Below, in pieces: positions 25,801-35,302 of a DNA stretch of 64,000 nt. The notes under the pieces are model-generated. The model searched no databases, was not told the DNA's origin, and saw only the letters and a program-made list of their open reading frames with translations. The DNA is taken from the NCBI GenBank assembly GCA_003522725.1, contig DPIG01000078.1:18746-82745 (forward strand), read 5' to 3'. Positions within the stretch are counted from its first letter, which is position 1, and every line of letters starts with the position of its first letter. Source of the DNA: Candidatus Omnitrophota bacterium (GTDB lineage Bacteria > Omnitrophota > Gorgyraeia > Zapsychrales > Zapsychraceae). The translations under genes were made by a program, and so were the position numbers.

Positions 25801-26688
25801 TTTGGTCGTCCAGACAACGACCGGGTCCACAAAATGGTCGCCGTTATCGAAAAATTGCACGCCGACATTGCTGTCCAGCCCGTTTGCCGCGAGCGCGTAA
25901 ACCCAGAAGGTCAGCCGGTCGTTTTGCGCGGGGTTAAGATCCACGTTCCAGGGCGTCTGCTGGTCGGGCGGGACGAATTTATTTTCCTGCGACTGGATGC
26001 CGGTGCCTGCCCAGTTGGCGGTGGTGGTCAATTTCCAGGATTGTGTCCCTTCATAGACAACGTTTCGTTCCAGAGCGACCGTCCCGTCCCACGCCCAGCC
26101 GCAATCGCCGGGCGAAACGCAGCGTTCGAAGGCCTGATAAATCCGGTCATCCAGAACAACGTTGAGATCGTCCAGATAATACGTCCCTGGCCAATAGTTG
26201 ATGAATTCGATCTTGTTGATATGCGTGAGGTCGAAGTTCGCCGGCAGCTGACTGAACAAAACGGTCAACCGGGTCCACTGCGCGAAACGCGCGGTTTGTG
26301 CGGTCCAGACCTCAAAGCCGTTATTGAAATAATTAGTTGTGTCGAAGAATTTCACGCCGACGTTATTGTTGTTGCCTTGCGACGGCAGGGCGTAAACCCA
26401 GAACGTGAGGCGGTCGTTGCGTTGCGGCTGGAAATCCATGTCCCAGCGCTGGGTCTGCGACTGGATCCTTGTTCCTCCCCAAAAATCGGGCGCCTGGACC
26501 TTCCAGGAGCGTGCGCCGGAATGGACCTGCGCGCTGGAAGGGGTGACAACGGCGGCGTTAAATCCCCAGCCATATTCATCGGACCCGTTGGCGGGTTCGA
26601 AATCCTGGTAAATGGCGCCGGCCATGGCCGCGGTCGCGGTCAATAAAAGGACAACGCTCGCCGACAAGATATTCAATGACCGTTTCAT
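22819..26688 (-). CDS. Secreted multidomain glycoside hydrolase family 5 protein with N-terminal beta-sandwich repeats, Fn3-like modules and five C-terminal 91-aa repeats
   Basis: Signal peptide MKRSLNILSASVVLLLTATAAMA. Two ~170-aa N-terminal repeats (NDRLTFWVYAL...NVGV.FFD...YWPG.YY.DD). GH5 catalytic region with NEP acid/base (GYDLLNEP) and GEFN nucleophile (FIGEFNGF). Five tandem repeats (SP.PGSQI.T..V.F.WT.NP.A.QYYLWLGTAP...NVGNINAG.NTSV.V.VPLDGTPLYASIWS.V.G.W.KDHE.SYTR). 1289 aa. Confidence 0.8.
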   Translation of the reverse strand: MKRSLNILSASVVLLLTATAAMAGAIYQDFEPANGSDEYGWGFNAAVVTPSSAQVHSGARSWKVQAPDFWGGTRIQSQTQRWDMDFQPQRNDRLTFWVYALPSQGNNNNVGVKFFDTTNYFNNGFEVWTAQTARFAQWTRLTVLFSQLPANFDLTHINKIEFINYWPGTYYLDDLNVVLDDRIYQAFERCVSPGDCGWAWDGTVALERNVVYEGTQSWKLTTTANWAGTGIQSQENKFVPPDQQTPWNVDLNPAQNDRLTFWVYALAANGLDSNVGVQFFDNGDHFVDPVVVWTTKRAVRGQWTQLAVPFSGLPAGLDLSGINKIQFQFFWPGVYYIDDIRAIKTPPTVVVSESAQGVAAAWDAIAGAGAYELQESVAGPQGPWTTIYEGTGLSSFIKPLSPRWLRVRWKEDVTSTDPIPYISRWSEVVYSLRPPVLLRHPRFAFAGLQWEPLEFADQYEIQKGPSRNGPWTEIYRGPHALLPAASYYEEGSWYRIRAHLRTGLTDIFDSTGWSPALPVTSLEGGYLKTDGMAILEMDGLGDPILLGGVNLGNLLLIEPEFTGIGGGYTAANPNDDDDFSIRAELVRRFGSANLLNAYQDAYIQTIDLDHLMRMGVNLVRLPIYYEALQDSTGAFTNFTKLDWIIEQCANRGIYVLLDLHGAPGAQSDEAHSGRANYNKLFENGPDGAAHRAKTIEFWTAVASRYAFLTNVMGYDLLNEPFGALDHDPTFTGPAGLWPFYNALYQAIRAVDPRHIIVMESVPSEFDWDTLPHPNVYGWQNVVYEFHYYGFEFDSFGNIIGIKDVPGHRAYLDGKVNNSAQEIFNVPVFIGEFNGFNQRANWDYFLATFRNKNWHWAMWTYKAHQTQYPTEWGLFMHDVYNDAPPDVSTDSQVQLEQKFGKYDTAAHHSPNISLTGILEGYLSVKGPARIMSPTPGSQIDTANVTFRWTMNPDATQYYLWLGTAPNTKNVGNINAGSNTSVTVTVPLDGTPLYASIWSKVKGKWAKDHEVSYTRADQRARIMSPAPGSQIDTANVTFIWTTNPAAAQYYLWLGTAPNTKNVGNINAGSNTSVTVTVPLDGTPLYASIWSRVNGIWVKDHEASYTRSNKKALITSPVPGSQITTTSVMFAWTANPAATQYYLWLGTAPSINNVGNINAGMNTSVIVNVPLDGTPLYASIWSRVNGIWVKDHEVSYTRADQRARIISPAPGSQIDTANVTFIWTTNPAAAQYYLWLGTAPNTKNVGNINAGSNTSVTVTVPLDGTPLYASIWSKVNGIWVKDHEANYTRILQ
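22822..24186. repeat. Five tandem 273-bp DNA repeats inside the GH5 gene; copies 1, 2 and 3 are nearly identical
   Basis: GACCCATATGCCGTTGACC... recurs at 22858, 23131 and 23404 (period 273). Long runs of nucleotide identity are visible between 22850-23090, 23120-23360 and 23400-23640. Copies 4 and 5 are diverged. Confidence 0.8.
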
Positions 26689-26706
26689 GGTTTTCCCTGG
26701 ATCAAA

Positions 26707-27075
26707 TTATTCAATCTCAAACGCGTTTCTGATGAGTTCGACCGTAAAGCCGCCGGCGTCATCGGGGATCACGGCCACCGCGTCAAAACGCGCTTCGACG
26801 TCTTCGGTGTCTTGTCGCGCCAGATAACCCCGCGCCGCGCGGATGATCTTCTTTTGTTTGACCGGAGAAATCGACTCAAAAGGATGCCCGTGCCAGTCTT
26901 GGGTACGGGTGCGTACTTCAATGAAACACAGCGTTTTACCATCCTGGGCGATGATATCGATCTCGCCGAAGGCGTTGCGATAGTTGCGCGCAATGACACG
27001 GTAGCCTTCTTTTTTCAGCCGCGCCACCGCTTGTTCTTCCCCGAGCTTTCCAAGATCAAGGCGTTCTTGCGTCAT
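26707..27075 (-). CDS. yraN: YraN-family endonuclease (UPF0102)
   Basis: Start at ATG 27073-27075 (MTQERLDLGKLGEEQAVARLKKEGYRVIARNYR...GEIDIIA). 123 aa. Overlaps the rnhB stop. Confidence 0.7.
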   Translation of the reverse strand: MTQERLDLGKLGEEQAVARLKKEGYRVIARNYRNAFGEIDIIAQDGKTLCFIEVRTRTQDWHGHPFESISPVKQKKIIRAARGYLARQDTEDVEARFDAVAVIPDDAGGFTVELIRNAFEIE

Positions 27076-27698
27076 AGCTGGCACTGAAAACTCCGGCGCT
27101 GGATCAACGACGGGCCCAGGCGCCGGATCGCTTCTTTGTGTCCTTCGGTCGCGTAGCCTTTGTGCCGGTTGAACCCATATCCCGGGTAAACCCGGTGGTA
27201 AATGTTCAAGATCCGGTCTCGGACCACTTTCGCGACGACCGAAGCGCACATAATCGAAAGAACGCGTTCATCGCCTTTGATGATCGTTTTGTAATGGTAC
27301 GGCAGGTCAGAGCGGAAGCAGTTGCCATCGATAAGAAGGCATACGGTCTTCGCAAAATTCTTTTGGCTGGTCATCACCGGAGAAAGCCACGCGATGAGAT
27401 TGACAACGGCGTTATGCATCGCGAAAAATGTGGCCTGGAGGATATTGTTTTGGTCGATGACGTTTTCACTGATGATCCCGACGCCGACGTAGGAGCGCTT
27501 GTAAATTTCATGAAAAGCTTCTTCGCGCTGGGCGTGGGAGAGCTTTTTGGAATCCCGGACGGGAACGGAAAAGTCAGCTCGACGCAAGGCAACGGCGGCC
27601 GCGACCACCGGGCCGGCCAGCGGGCCCCGGCCCGCCTCATCGACACCGATGACGAGGTTAAAACCAGCTCTTCTGGTCTTATCCTCAATGGCTAGCAT
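27072..27698 (-). CDS. rnhB: Ribonuclease HII
   Basis: VIGVDEAGRGPLAGPVVAAAV active-site region. 208 aa. Confidence 0.9.
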   Translation of the reverse strand: MLAIEDKTRRAGFNLVIGVDEAGRGPLAGPVVAAAVALRRADFSVPVRDSKKLSHAQREEAFHEIYKRSYVGVGIISENVIDQNNILQATFFAMHNAVVNLIAWLSPVMTSQKNFAKTVCLLIDGNCFRSDLPYHYKTIIKGDERVLSIMCASVVAKVVRDRILNIYHRVYPGYGFNRHKGYATEGHKEAIRRLGPSLIQRRSFQCQL

Positions 27699-27704
27699 AT
27701 TTTA

Positions 27705-27768
27705 ATACGTATTTCGTATCTCGTCGCTCGTATTTCGCAAAAACGAAATACGAGATACGAGATACAAA
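27705..27768. repeat. REP-like palindromic element, copy A (CGTATCTCG/CGAGATACG units), between rplS and rnhB
   Basis: CGTATTTCGTATCTCGTCGCTCGTATTTCG-caaaaa-CGAAATACGAGATACGAGATAC gives an imperfect hairpin of about 22 bp. It shares the core GTATCTCGTCGCTCGTAT with copy B. Confidence 0.65.
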
Positions 27769-27770
27769 AA

Positions 27771-28145
27771 TTACTGTTGGATTGAGACTTGTTCCTTCTT
27801 GACGCGGGCGGCTTTGCCGGTGCGTCCGCGCAAGTAATAAAGCTTGGAGCGTTCGGCCACACCTTTGTTGACGACCTGCAAACTGTCGATAACCGGCGAA
27901 TGGATCGGGAATACCCTTTCAACACCTTCTCCGAAGGTAACCTTGCGCACGGTGAAGGTGCTTTTTAATCCCCGGCCGGTTTTGCTGATGACGGTACCCT
28001 CAAAAGGATGCAAACGGACCTTGTCGGCCTCGCGCACCTTGATTTTCATTTTGACCGTGTCGCCGACCTTGAAATCCGGCAGCTGCGCGCGTAGCGACCC
28101 GCTGTCGATGTCTTGTATGATTTTTTCCGCGTGTGTTGCTAGCAT
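27771..28145 (-). CDS. rplS: 50S ribosomal protein L19
   Basis: Typical L19 sequence. RBS AGGAGG. 124 aa. Confidence 0.92.
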   Translation of the reverse strand: MLATHAEKIIQDIDSGSLRAQLPDFKVGDTVKMKIKVREADKVRLHPFEGTVISKTGRGLKSTFTVRKVTFGEGVERVFPIHSPVIDSLQVVNKGVAERSKLYYLRGRTGKAARVKKEQVSIQQ

Positions 28146-28181
28146 AATAACCTCCTAAAATAATAGTAGAGAGTAAGTTAC

Positions 28182-30066
<1,885 letters not shown>

Positions 30067-31104
30067 TTAAACAATAATCATCGCGTCACCGTAACTATAA
30101 AACCGATACTTTTCCCGGATCGCCCGCGCGTAGGCCTTCTTCATCAGTTTTGTCCCGCCGAAGGCGTAGACGAGCATCAACAACGTGCTGCGCGGCAAAT
30201 GAAAGTTCGTTATCATAACATCAACGGAGCGGAACGTATATCCGGGATAAATAAAAATATCTGTTTCTCCGGCCAGCCGGGAAGGATCCTCCACCGATGT
30301 TTCCAGGACCCGGCAGGACGTTGTGCCCACGGCAACGATTTTACGGCCCTCCGTTTTTGCCTGTTGAATGGAGACAAAGCTTTTTTTTGTGAGTGAATAT
30401 TCTTCGGTGTGCATCTTGTGCCGCGTGATGTCTTGCGCTTCCACCATGCGGAACGTCGCCAGATTGACATGCAGCGTGACGGTTTCGATCCCGTGTCCTT
30501 TCTCGCGTAACGCGTTCAATAACGCCGGTGTAAAGTGCAACCCCGCCGTGGGTGAAGCCACGGAACCTGGTTTGCGGGCGTACACGGTCTGGTAGTATTT
30601 GTGGTCCAGCGGTTCATCGGCGCGCTTGATGTACGGCGGCAGCGGCATGTGGCCGTGCCTTTGCAATTGTGCCGGAATATTCTTACGGTTGAACCTCACG
30701 ATCCGTTTCCCGATATCAGTGATCTCGGCGGTCAGGCTGCCGCCGTTGAACTGTATCTTTTCATTGAGTTCGAGCCGGTTGAGCGGCCGGATCAATGCTT
30801 CATAAGAACATCCGTCCCCTTCGGGAAGTTTCTTCAAAAGAAAGACCTCGACCTTGCCCGGTGTTTTCTCGCGGCGGCCCAGGAGCCGCGCGGGGATGAC
30901 TTTGCTGTCATTGAGCACAATACAGGAACCGGGCGGTAAATATTTTTCTACCTTGGCAAATACGTCGTGGGAAATCGCCTGGTTCTGGCGGTCAATGACC
31001 ATCAGCCGCGCCTGATCACGCTGACGCAACGGATATTGGGCGATCAATTCCTGCGGCAGATCAAAATCGAATTCGCAGAGCCGTAATGTATTCTCGGGAT
31101 CCAT
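30067..31104 (-). CDS. queA: S-adenosylmethionine:tRNA ribosyltransferase-isomerase
   Basis: MDPENTLRLCEFDFDLPQELIAQYP... typical QueA N-terminus. 345 aa. Confidence 0.9.
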   Translation of the reverse strand: MDPENTLRLCEFDFDLPQELIAQYPLRQRDQARLMVIDRQNQAISHDVFAKVEKYLPPGSCIVLNDSKVIPARLLGRREKTPGKVEVFLLKKLPEGDGCSYEALIRPLNRLELNEKIQFNGGSLTAEITDIGKRIVRFNRKNIPAQLQRHGHMPLPPYIKRADEPLDHKYYQTVYARKPGSVASPTAGLHFTPALLNALREKGHGIETVTLHVNLATFRMVEAQDITRHKMHTEEYSLTKKSFVSIQQAKTEGRKIVAVGTTSCRVLETSVEDPSRLAGETDIFIYPGYTFRSVDVMITNFHLPRSTLLMLVYAFGGTKLMKKAYARAIREKYRFYSYGDAMIIV

Positions 31105-31109
31105 GTCTG

Positions 31110-32333
31110 TCAGGGAAGGTCAACGGGCGGCTGTTCGCGGTAATCGGTGATTTGCGCGCCGGGATAATAAAAGGCAAGAATCTCGTCGTATTTATGCCGA
31201 TCCTCGGCCATCTGGTGCGCGCCCCACTGGCACATCCCCACTCCGTGCCCCCAGCCCTTGCCGACCAAGTCAAAGTAGTAACCCTTCATGATAATTTCGT
31301 ACTTGTTACTTTTGATAATATTCGGGCCGATGATCGCGCGGAATTTGATGCCGGGGATCGTTGTCGTCTTGCCGTCACGGGCCGTGAGGACCAGATTATT
31401 GATCCGGCCGCTCTGGTTACGGCTCACCACATGGATATCGTGGATCGGGCCAAGGGTATATCCGTTGGCGTTAAGCTTGTCCTGGATATCTTTGGAACGG
31501 AAATTCTTCTTCCAGTTCGCGTGCGGCGCGAGCGCGCAGAATGGACACGGCGCGCCGGAGAGCGGCGGCAGGTTCTCTCCCCAGATATTCCTGGCGCTTT
31601 CCGTGTGGCCGCCGCAGGAAGCGTGAAAATACGCCGGCAGGATTTTATGATCATAGACAAGGATTTCCCCCAAACTACGCTTGACCGCGATATTGGTGCG
31701 GAAGCGTTCGGAATTTTTGCCGCCGTAGACCTGGGAGTAAATGTCGCCGGTCACATCGTATTCGTTATTTTTATTTTTTTTCATCTGATAAAGCGCGTAG
31801 GTACGGGCGGCCACGGCCTGGGCCTTCATCGCCTCCATCGGCCAGCGGTGCGAAACTTCGTGGTACAAAACGCCGCGGATGTATTGTTCGAGCTCGATGG
31901 TGTTGACGACCAGAAATTTCTTATTGGGTTTCTGGATGATGTCCAGCGCCCCGCGGTAACGTTGCGCTCTATCCGCCTGATATAGTGTGATGTCCCTGGT
32001 GGACGTCACGCGGATTTTGCGTAAAGGATATTCCTCGTTGTTGATCTTGATGCCGCCTGGATGCGTGGAAAGACGGGACTCCCGCAGACTCCTTCCCTCT
32101 TCGAGGACCGCGCCGGATCGAAGGTCGAGGATCTTGTACTTGCCCCGTATGGAAAAGTTCAGTTCATGGATGTCGTTTGAAATGGCCACACGGACATACT
32201 TTTCTTTGGACGGTCCGGCCGCGCGGGCATACGCGCAATTTCCCGCCAGCAGACCGACCGCGATGAGCACGCGGATCATCGCTGTCGCCATAAGAAAAGA
32301 CCGCAACTTAGCAGGGCGCTTAATAACAGGCAT
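31110..32333 (-). CDS. SpoIID/LytB-domain protein (amidase enhancer-like); start uncertain (32333 or 32291)
   Basis: Signal peptide, then the SpoIID/LytB core (YHASCGGHTESARNIWG). Confidence 0.75.
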   Translation of the reverse strand: MPVIKRPAKLRSFLMATAMIRVLIAVGLLAGNCAYARAAGPSKEKYVRVAISNDIHELNFSIRGKYKILDLRSGAVLEEGRSLRESRLSTHPGGIKINNEEYPLRKIRVTSTRDITLYQADRAQRYRGALDIIQKPNKKFLVVNTIELEQYIRGVLYHEVSHRWPMEAMKAQAVAARTYALYQMKKNKNNEYDVTGDIYSQVYGGKNSERFRTNIAVKRSLGEILVYDHKILPAYFHASCGGHTESARNIWGENLPPLSGAPCPFCALAPHANWKKNFRSKDIQDKLNANGYTLGPIHDIHVVSRNQSGRINNLVLTARDGKTTTIPGIKFRAIIGPNIIKSNKYEIIMKGYYFDLVGKGWGHGVGMCQWGAHQMAEDRHKYDEILAFYYPGAQITDYREQPPVDLP

Positions 32334-32497
32334 GTGGTCAGCGGAAAATAAAAGGAAAAGTTCTCTTTTTTGATGACAATATCCCCGGGCAGGCGGCCCA
32401 GCCAGGGGATTTTTCCGGCAAAGGATAAAATGCCGCCTATGAGGATAAAGACAATACCGAGGATGATGAACGTTTTGGCTAGTCCCATGGTGATCAA
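32276..32497 (-). CDS. DUF2905-family small membrane protein
   Basis: 73 aa, two TM segments flanking PGDIVIKKENFSFYFP, the family signature. Confidence 0.65.
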   Translation of the reverse strand: MITMGLAKTFIILGIVFILIGGILSFAGKIPWLGRLPGDIVIKKENFSFYFPLTTCLLLSALLSCGLFLWRQR

Positions 32498-33525
32498 TAA
32501 AGCTTTGGCTGGGTTTCTTTGGCGGCCGGAAGGACCTTCAAATGCTCGCCTGCCGTTTGCGTGAGCTCGCGGCCGCGGGGCGTGCGTTTTAAAAAGCCGA
32601 TCTTCAACAGATAGGGCTCGATCACATCGACGATCGTGTCCATTTCCTCGTTGAGGGTGGCGGCCAGCGTTTCGATGCCGACGGGTCCTCCCTTGTAATG
32701 CTGCGCGATCACCTTCAGGAGCTTGCGGTCTTTGTCATCGAGGCCGATCTCATCGATGGCCATGGCGCGCAACGCCTCATCCGCGACGCCGGCGGTAATA
32801 TTCCCGGTTTTTGTTTTGACCTGCGCGTAATCGCGCACGCGGCGCAGCAGCCGGTTGGCGATGCGCGGCGTTCCCCGCGCGCGGCGCGCGATCTCCAGCG
32901 CGGCCTGCGCCTCGAGCCGCACATTAAGTTTTTGGGCGGAGTTGGCCACGATCCGGCTTAATTCCTGGGCGCTGTAAAAATCCAGGTGATGAAATATCCC
33001 GAAACGCTCGCGTAACGGCGCGGCCAAAAGGCCGCTGCGGGTCGTCGCGCCAATAAGTGTAAATGGTTTGAGGTTGAAATTGATCGTCCTGGCGTACGGA
33101 CCCTTGTCCACGACAAAGTCGATCTTGAAACTTTCCATGGCCGGGTACAAGAATTCTTCGACGACCTTCGAGAGGCGGTGGATCTCGTCGATAAAAAGGA
33201 TGTCGCCTTCTCCGAGATTTGTGAGGATCCCGATCAGGTCCCCGGCGCGTTCGATGGCCGGGCCGGAGGTGATGGTGATGCGCGCGCCCATCTCATGGGC
33301 GACGATATTCGCCAAGGTCGTTTTTCCCAAACCCGGCGGCCCCGAGAACAAGATATGTTCGAGGCATTCCTCCCGCCCTTTGGCCGCTTGCAGCGACACC
33401 TGAAGGTTGGCCATCAGTTCAGTTTGCCCCACAAATTCGCTTAACTGCGCGGGGCGCAGGGACAAACTGTAGACCCGGTCCTCTTCAGTTTCCTGATTGA
33501 ACAGGATCGCTTTGCGCTCTTCCAT
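32494..33525 (-). CDS. ruvB: Holliday junction ATP-dependent DNA helicase RuvB
   Basis: LRP..L.EFVGQ, GPPGLGKTT Walker A, sensor motifs. Start at the internal Met (MEERKAIL); the ORF track extends to 33609. Confidence 0.9.
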   Translation of the reverse strand: MEERKAILFNQETEEDRVYSLSLRPAQLSEFVGQTELMANLQVSLQAAKGREECLEHILFSGPPGLGKTTLANIVAHEMGARITITSGPAIERAGDLIGILTNLGEGDILFIDEIHRLSKVVEEFLYPAMESFKIDFVVDKGPYARTINFNLKPFTLIGATTRSGLLAAPLRERFGIFHHLDFYSAQELSRIVANSAQKLNVRLEAQAALEIARRARGTPRIANRLLRRVRDYAQVKTKTGNITAGVADEALRAMAIDEIGLDDKDRKLLKVIAQHYKGGPVGIETLAATLNEEMDTIVDVIEPYLLKIGFLKRTPRGRELTQTAGEHLKVLPAAKETQPKLY

Positions 33526-34276
33526 CGTCCGTGTCCTCACCCATGGGGATAATTTGTTTCTGGTTACGCATGACCTCGATTTCGCCAAAGACACCTTTCT
33601 GGACGGCAATGAGCTCTTTTAAACGGATCAGCTCCAGGACGGCCAAAAACGTCACGATGATCTCGATCTTCGTGCGAGCGCGCTCAAAAAGGTCTTGCAG
33701 CCGGATCGGGGACTCCTTGAGCAAAAGATGCAAGATGTCATGCAATTTTTTTTCGACCGTAAATTCTTCCGTGATGATCTCGTGGATCACTTCTTCCGGG
33801 GCTTTCTTGAGCGCTTCGGACAGGGCGCTGATCAGATCGAAAAGACTGGCCTCATAATAAATTTCCCTGGATTCTTCACGCAGCTGCTGGAGCGCGCCGG
33901 GATCGATGTTACGGCCGAAAAAGTCCTGTTGCAGGGTCTCTTTTTTCTTAAGGGCTTCGGCGATCTCCTTGAATTTTTTATATTCCAGCAAGCGGCGGGC
34001 CAGTTCATCGCGCGGGTCGAGTTCTTCTTCAGGCTGCTCATTGGGGTCCGGCGGCAGAAGCATCCTTGACTTGATCTGCATCAGAGTCGCGGCCATCACG
34101 AGAAAATCGCCGACGACATCCAGATCGAGCATTTTCATCATACTAATGTACTGCATGTATTGTTCGGTGATCTGGCTGATGGGGATGTCGTGGATGTCGA
34201 TATCGTCTTTTTTAATAAGATACAACAACAGATCCAGCGGCCCTTCAAATATTTCCAGCTTCAGTTTGTATCCCAT
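33485..34276 (-). CDS. scpA: Segregation and condensation protein A
   Basis: LEIFEGPLDLLLYLIKK...MAATLMQIKSRMLLP typical ScpA. 263 aa. No scpB adjacent. Confidence 0.85.
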   Translation of the reverse strand: MGYKLKLEIFEGPLDLLLYLIKKDDIDIHDIPISQITEQYMQYISMMKMLDLDVVGDFLVMAATLMQIKSRMLLPPDPNEQPEEELDPRDELARRLLEYKKFKEIAEALKKKETLQQDFFGRNIDPGALQQLREESREIYYEASLFDLISALSEALKKAPEEVIHEIITEEFTVEKKLHDILHLLLKESPIRLQDLFERARTKIEIIVTFLAVLELIRLKELIAVQKGVFGEIEVMRNQKQIIPMGEDTDDGRAQSDPVQSGN

Positions 34277-34318
34277 AATCTGTTTCCGTTAATCGTTGTT
34301 CGATTTATTTTTTTTCGC

Positions 34319-35302
34319 CTATCGGCCGAACACGATCTCTTTGACCTGGCCCATGGTTTCCCGGGCGATTTTTTGGGCGCGTTTCTGCCCGTGGTCCAGA
34401 ACCTCACGGACACGCTCTTTGCATTTGGCCAGGTCGTTGCGTTTCTCCTGAAAGTCCGCCAACCGGTCAACGATCGCTTCCCCCAGGATCGTTTTACATT
34501 CCGTACATCCTTTTTGCGCGTGGGTGCACCACTGGTGCACATCGTCGGCCCGCTGCGGAGAAAAAACCTTGTAATAACTATAAACATTGCATTTGTCAGG
34601 GTGACCGGGATCGGACAATTTAATGCGTTTAGGGTCCGTGAACATCGTTTTGACTTTCCTGACAATTTCCTGCGGGCTGTCGGAGAGGTTAACCGTATTT
34701 TTATAGCTTTTACTCATCTTGCGGCCGTCTAACCCTAAAAGACGCGGTGTTTCCGTCAAAATCGCCTCGCAATCGGCAAAAAAATCCGTTTTGTAAATAT
34801 GGTTGAACCGCCGGGCCATTTCTCTCGTCAGTTCAATGTGCGGCAACTGGTCTTCCCCGATGGGAACCGCGCCGGCTTTGTACAGAAGGATGTCGGCGGC
34901 CTGTAAAACAGGATACCCGAGAAAGGCGTATGTCTGCAGATCGCGTGTTTTGATCTCGCGCAGTTGTTCTTTGTACGTCGGGTTTCGCTCCAGCCACCCC
35001 AGCGGGGTTATGCAGGCGAGGATCATCTGCAACTCCAGATGTTCCGGAACATGCGATTGGACAAAGATGATCGATTTTTCAGGATCAATGCCGCAGGCCA
35101 TCCAGTCCAGGGCCATATCCATGATGTTTTCCGCGATCTCTGTGCTTTGCTCATATTCGCTCATGAGCGCGTGCCAGTCGACGATCGAAAAAATGCAGGC
35201 GTGTTTTTCTTGCAGTTCCAGCCAATTGTCGAGGGCGCCGACGAGATGTCCCAAATGAAGTTTACCCGTCGGGCGCATGGCGCTAAAAACGGTTTTTTTC
35301 AT
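34319..35302 (-). CDS. trpS: Tryptophan--tRNA ligase
   Basis: HIGH-like (KLHLGHLVGAL) and KMSKS motifs. 327 aa. Confidence 0.92.
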   Translation of the reverse strand: MKKTVFSAMRPTGKLHLGHLVGALDNWLELQEKHACIFSIVDWHALMSEYEQSTEIAENIMDMALDWMACGIDPEKSIIFVQSHVPEHLELQMILACITPLGWLERNPTYKEQLREIKTRDLQTYAFLGYPVLQAADILLYKAGAVPIGEDQLPHIELTREMARRFNHIYKTDFFADCEAILTETPRLLGLDGRKMSKSYKNTVNLSDSPQEIVRKVKTMFTDPKRIKLSDPGHPDKCNVYSYYKVFSPQRADDVHQWCTHAQKGCTECKTILGEAIVDRLADFQEKRNDLAKCKERVREVLDHGQKRAQKIARETMGQVKEIVFGR

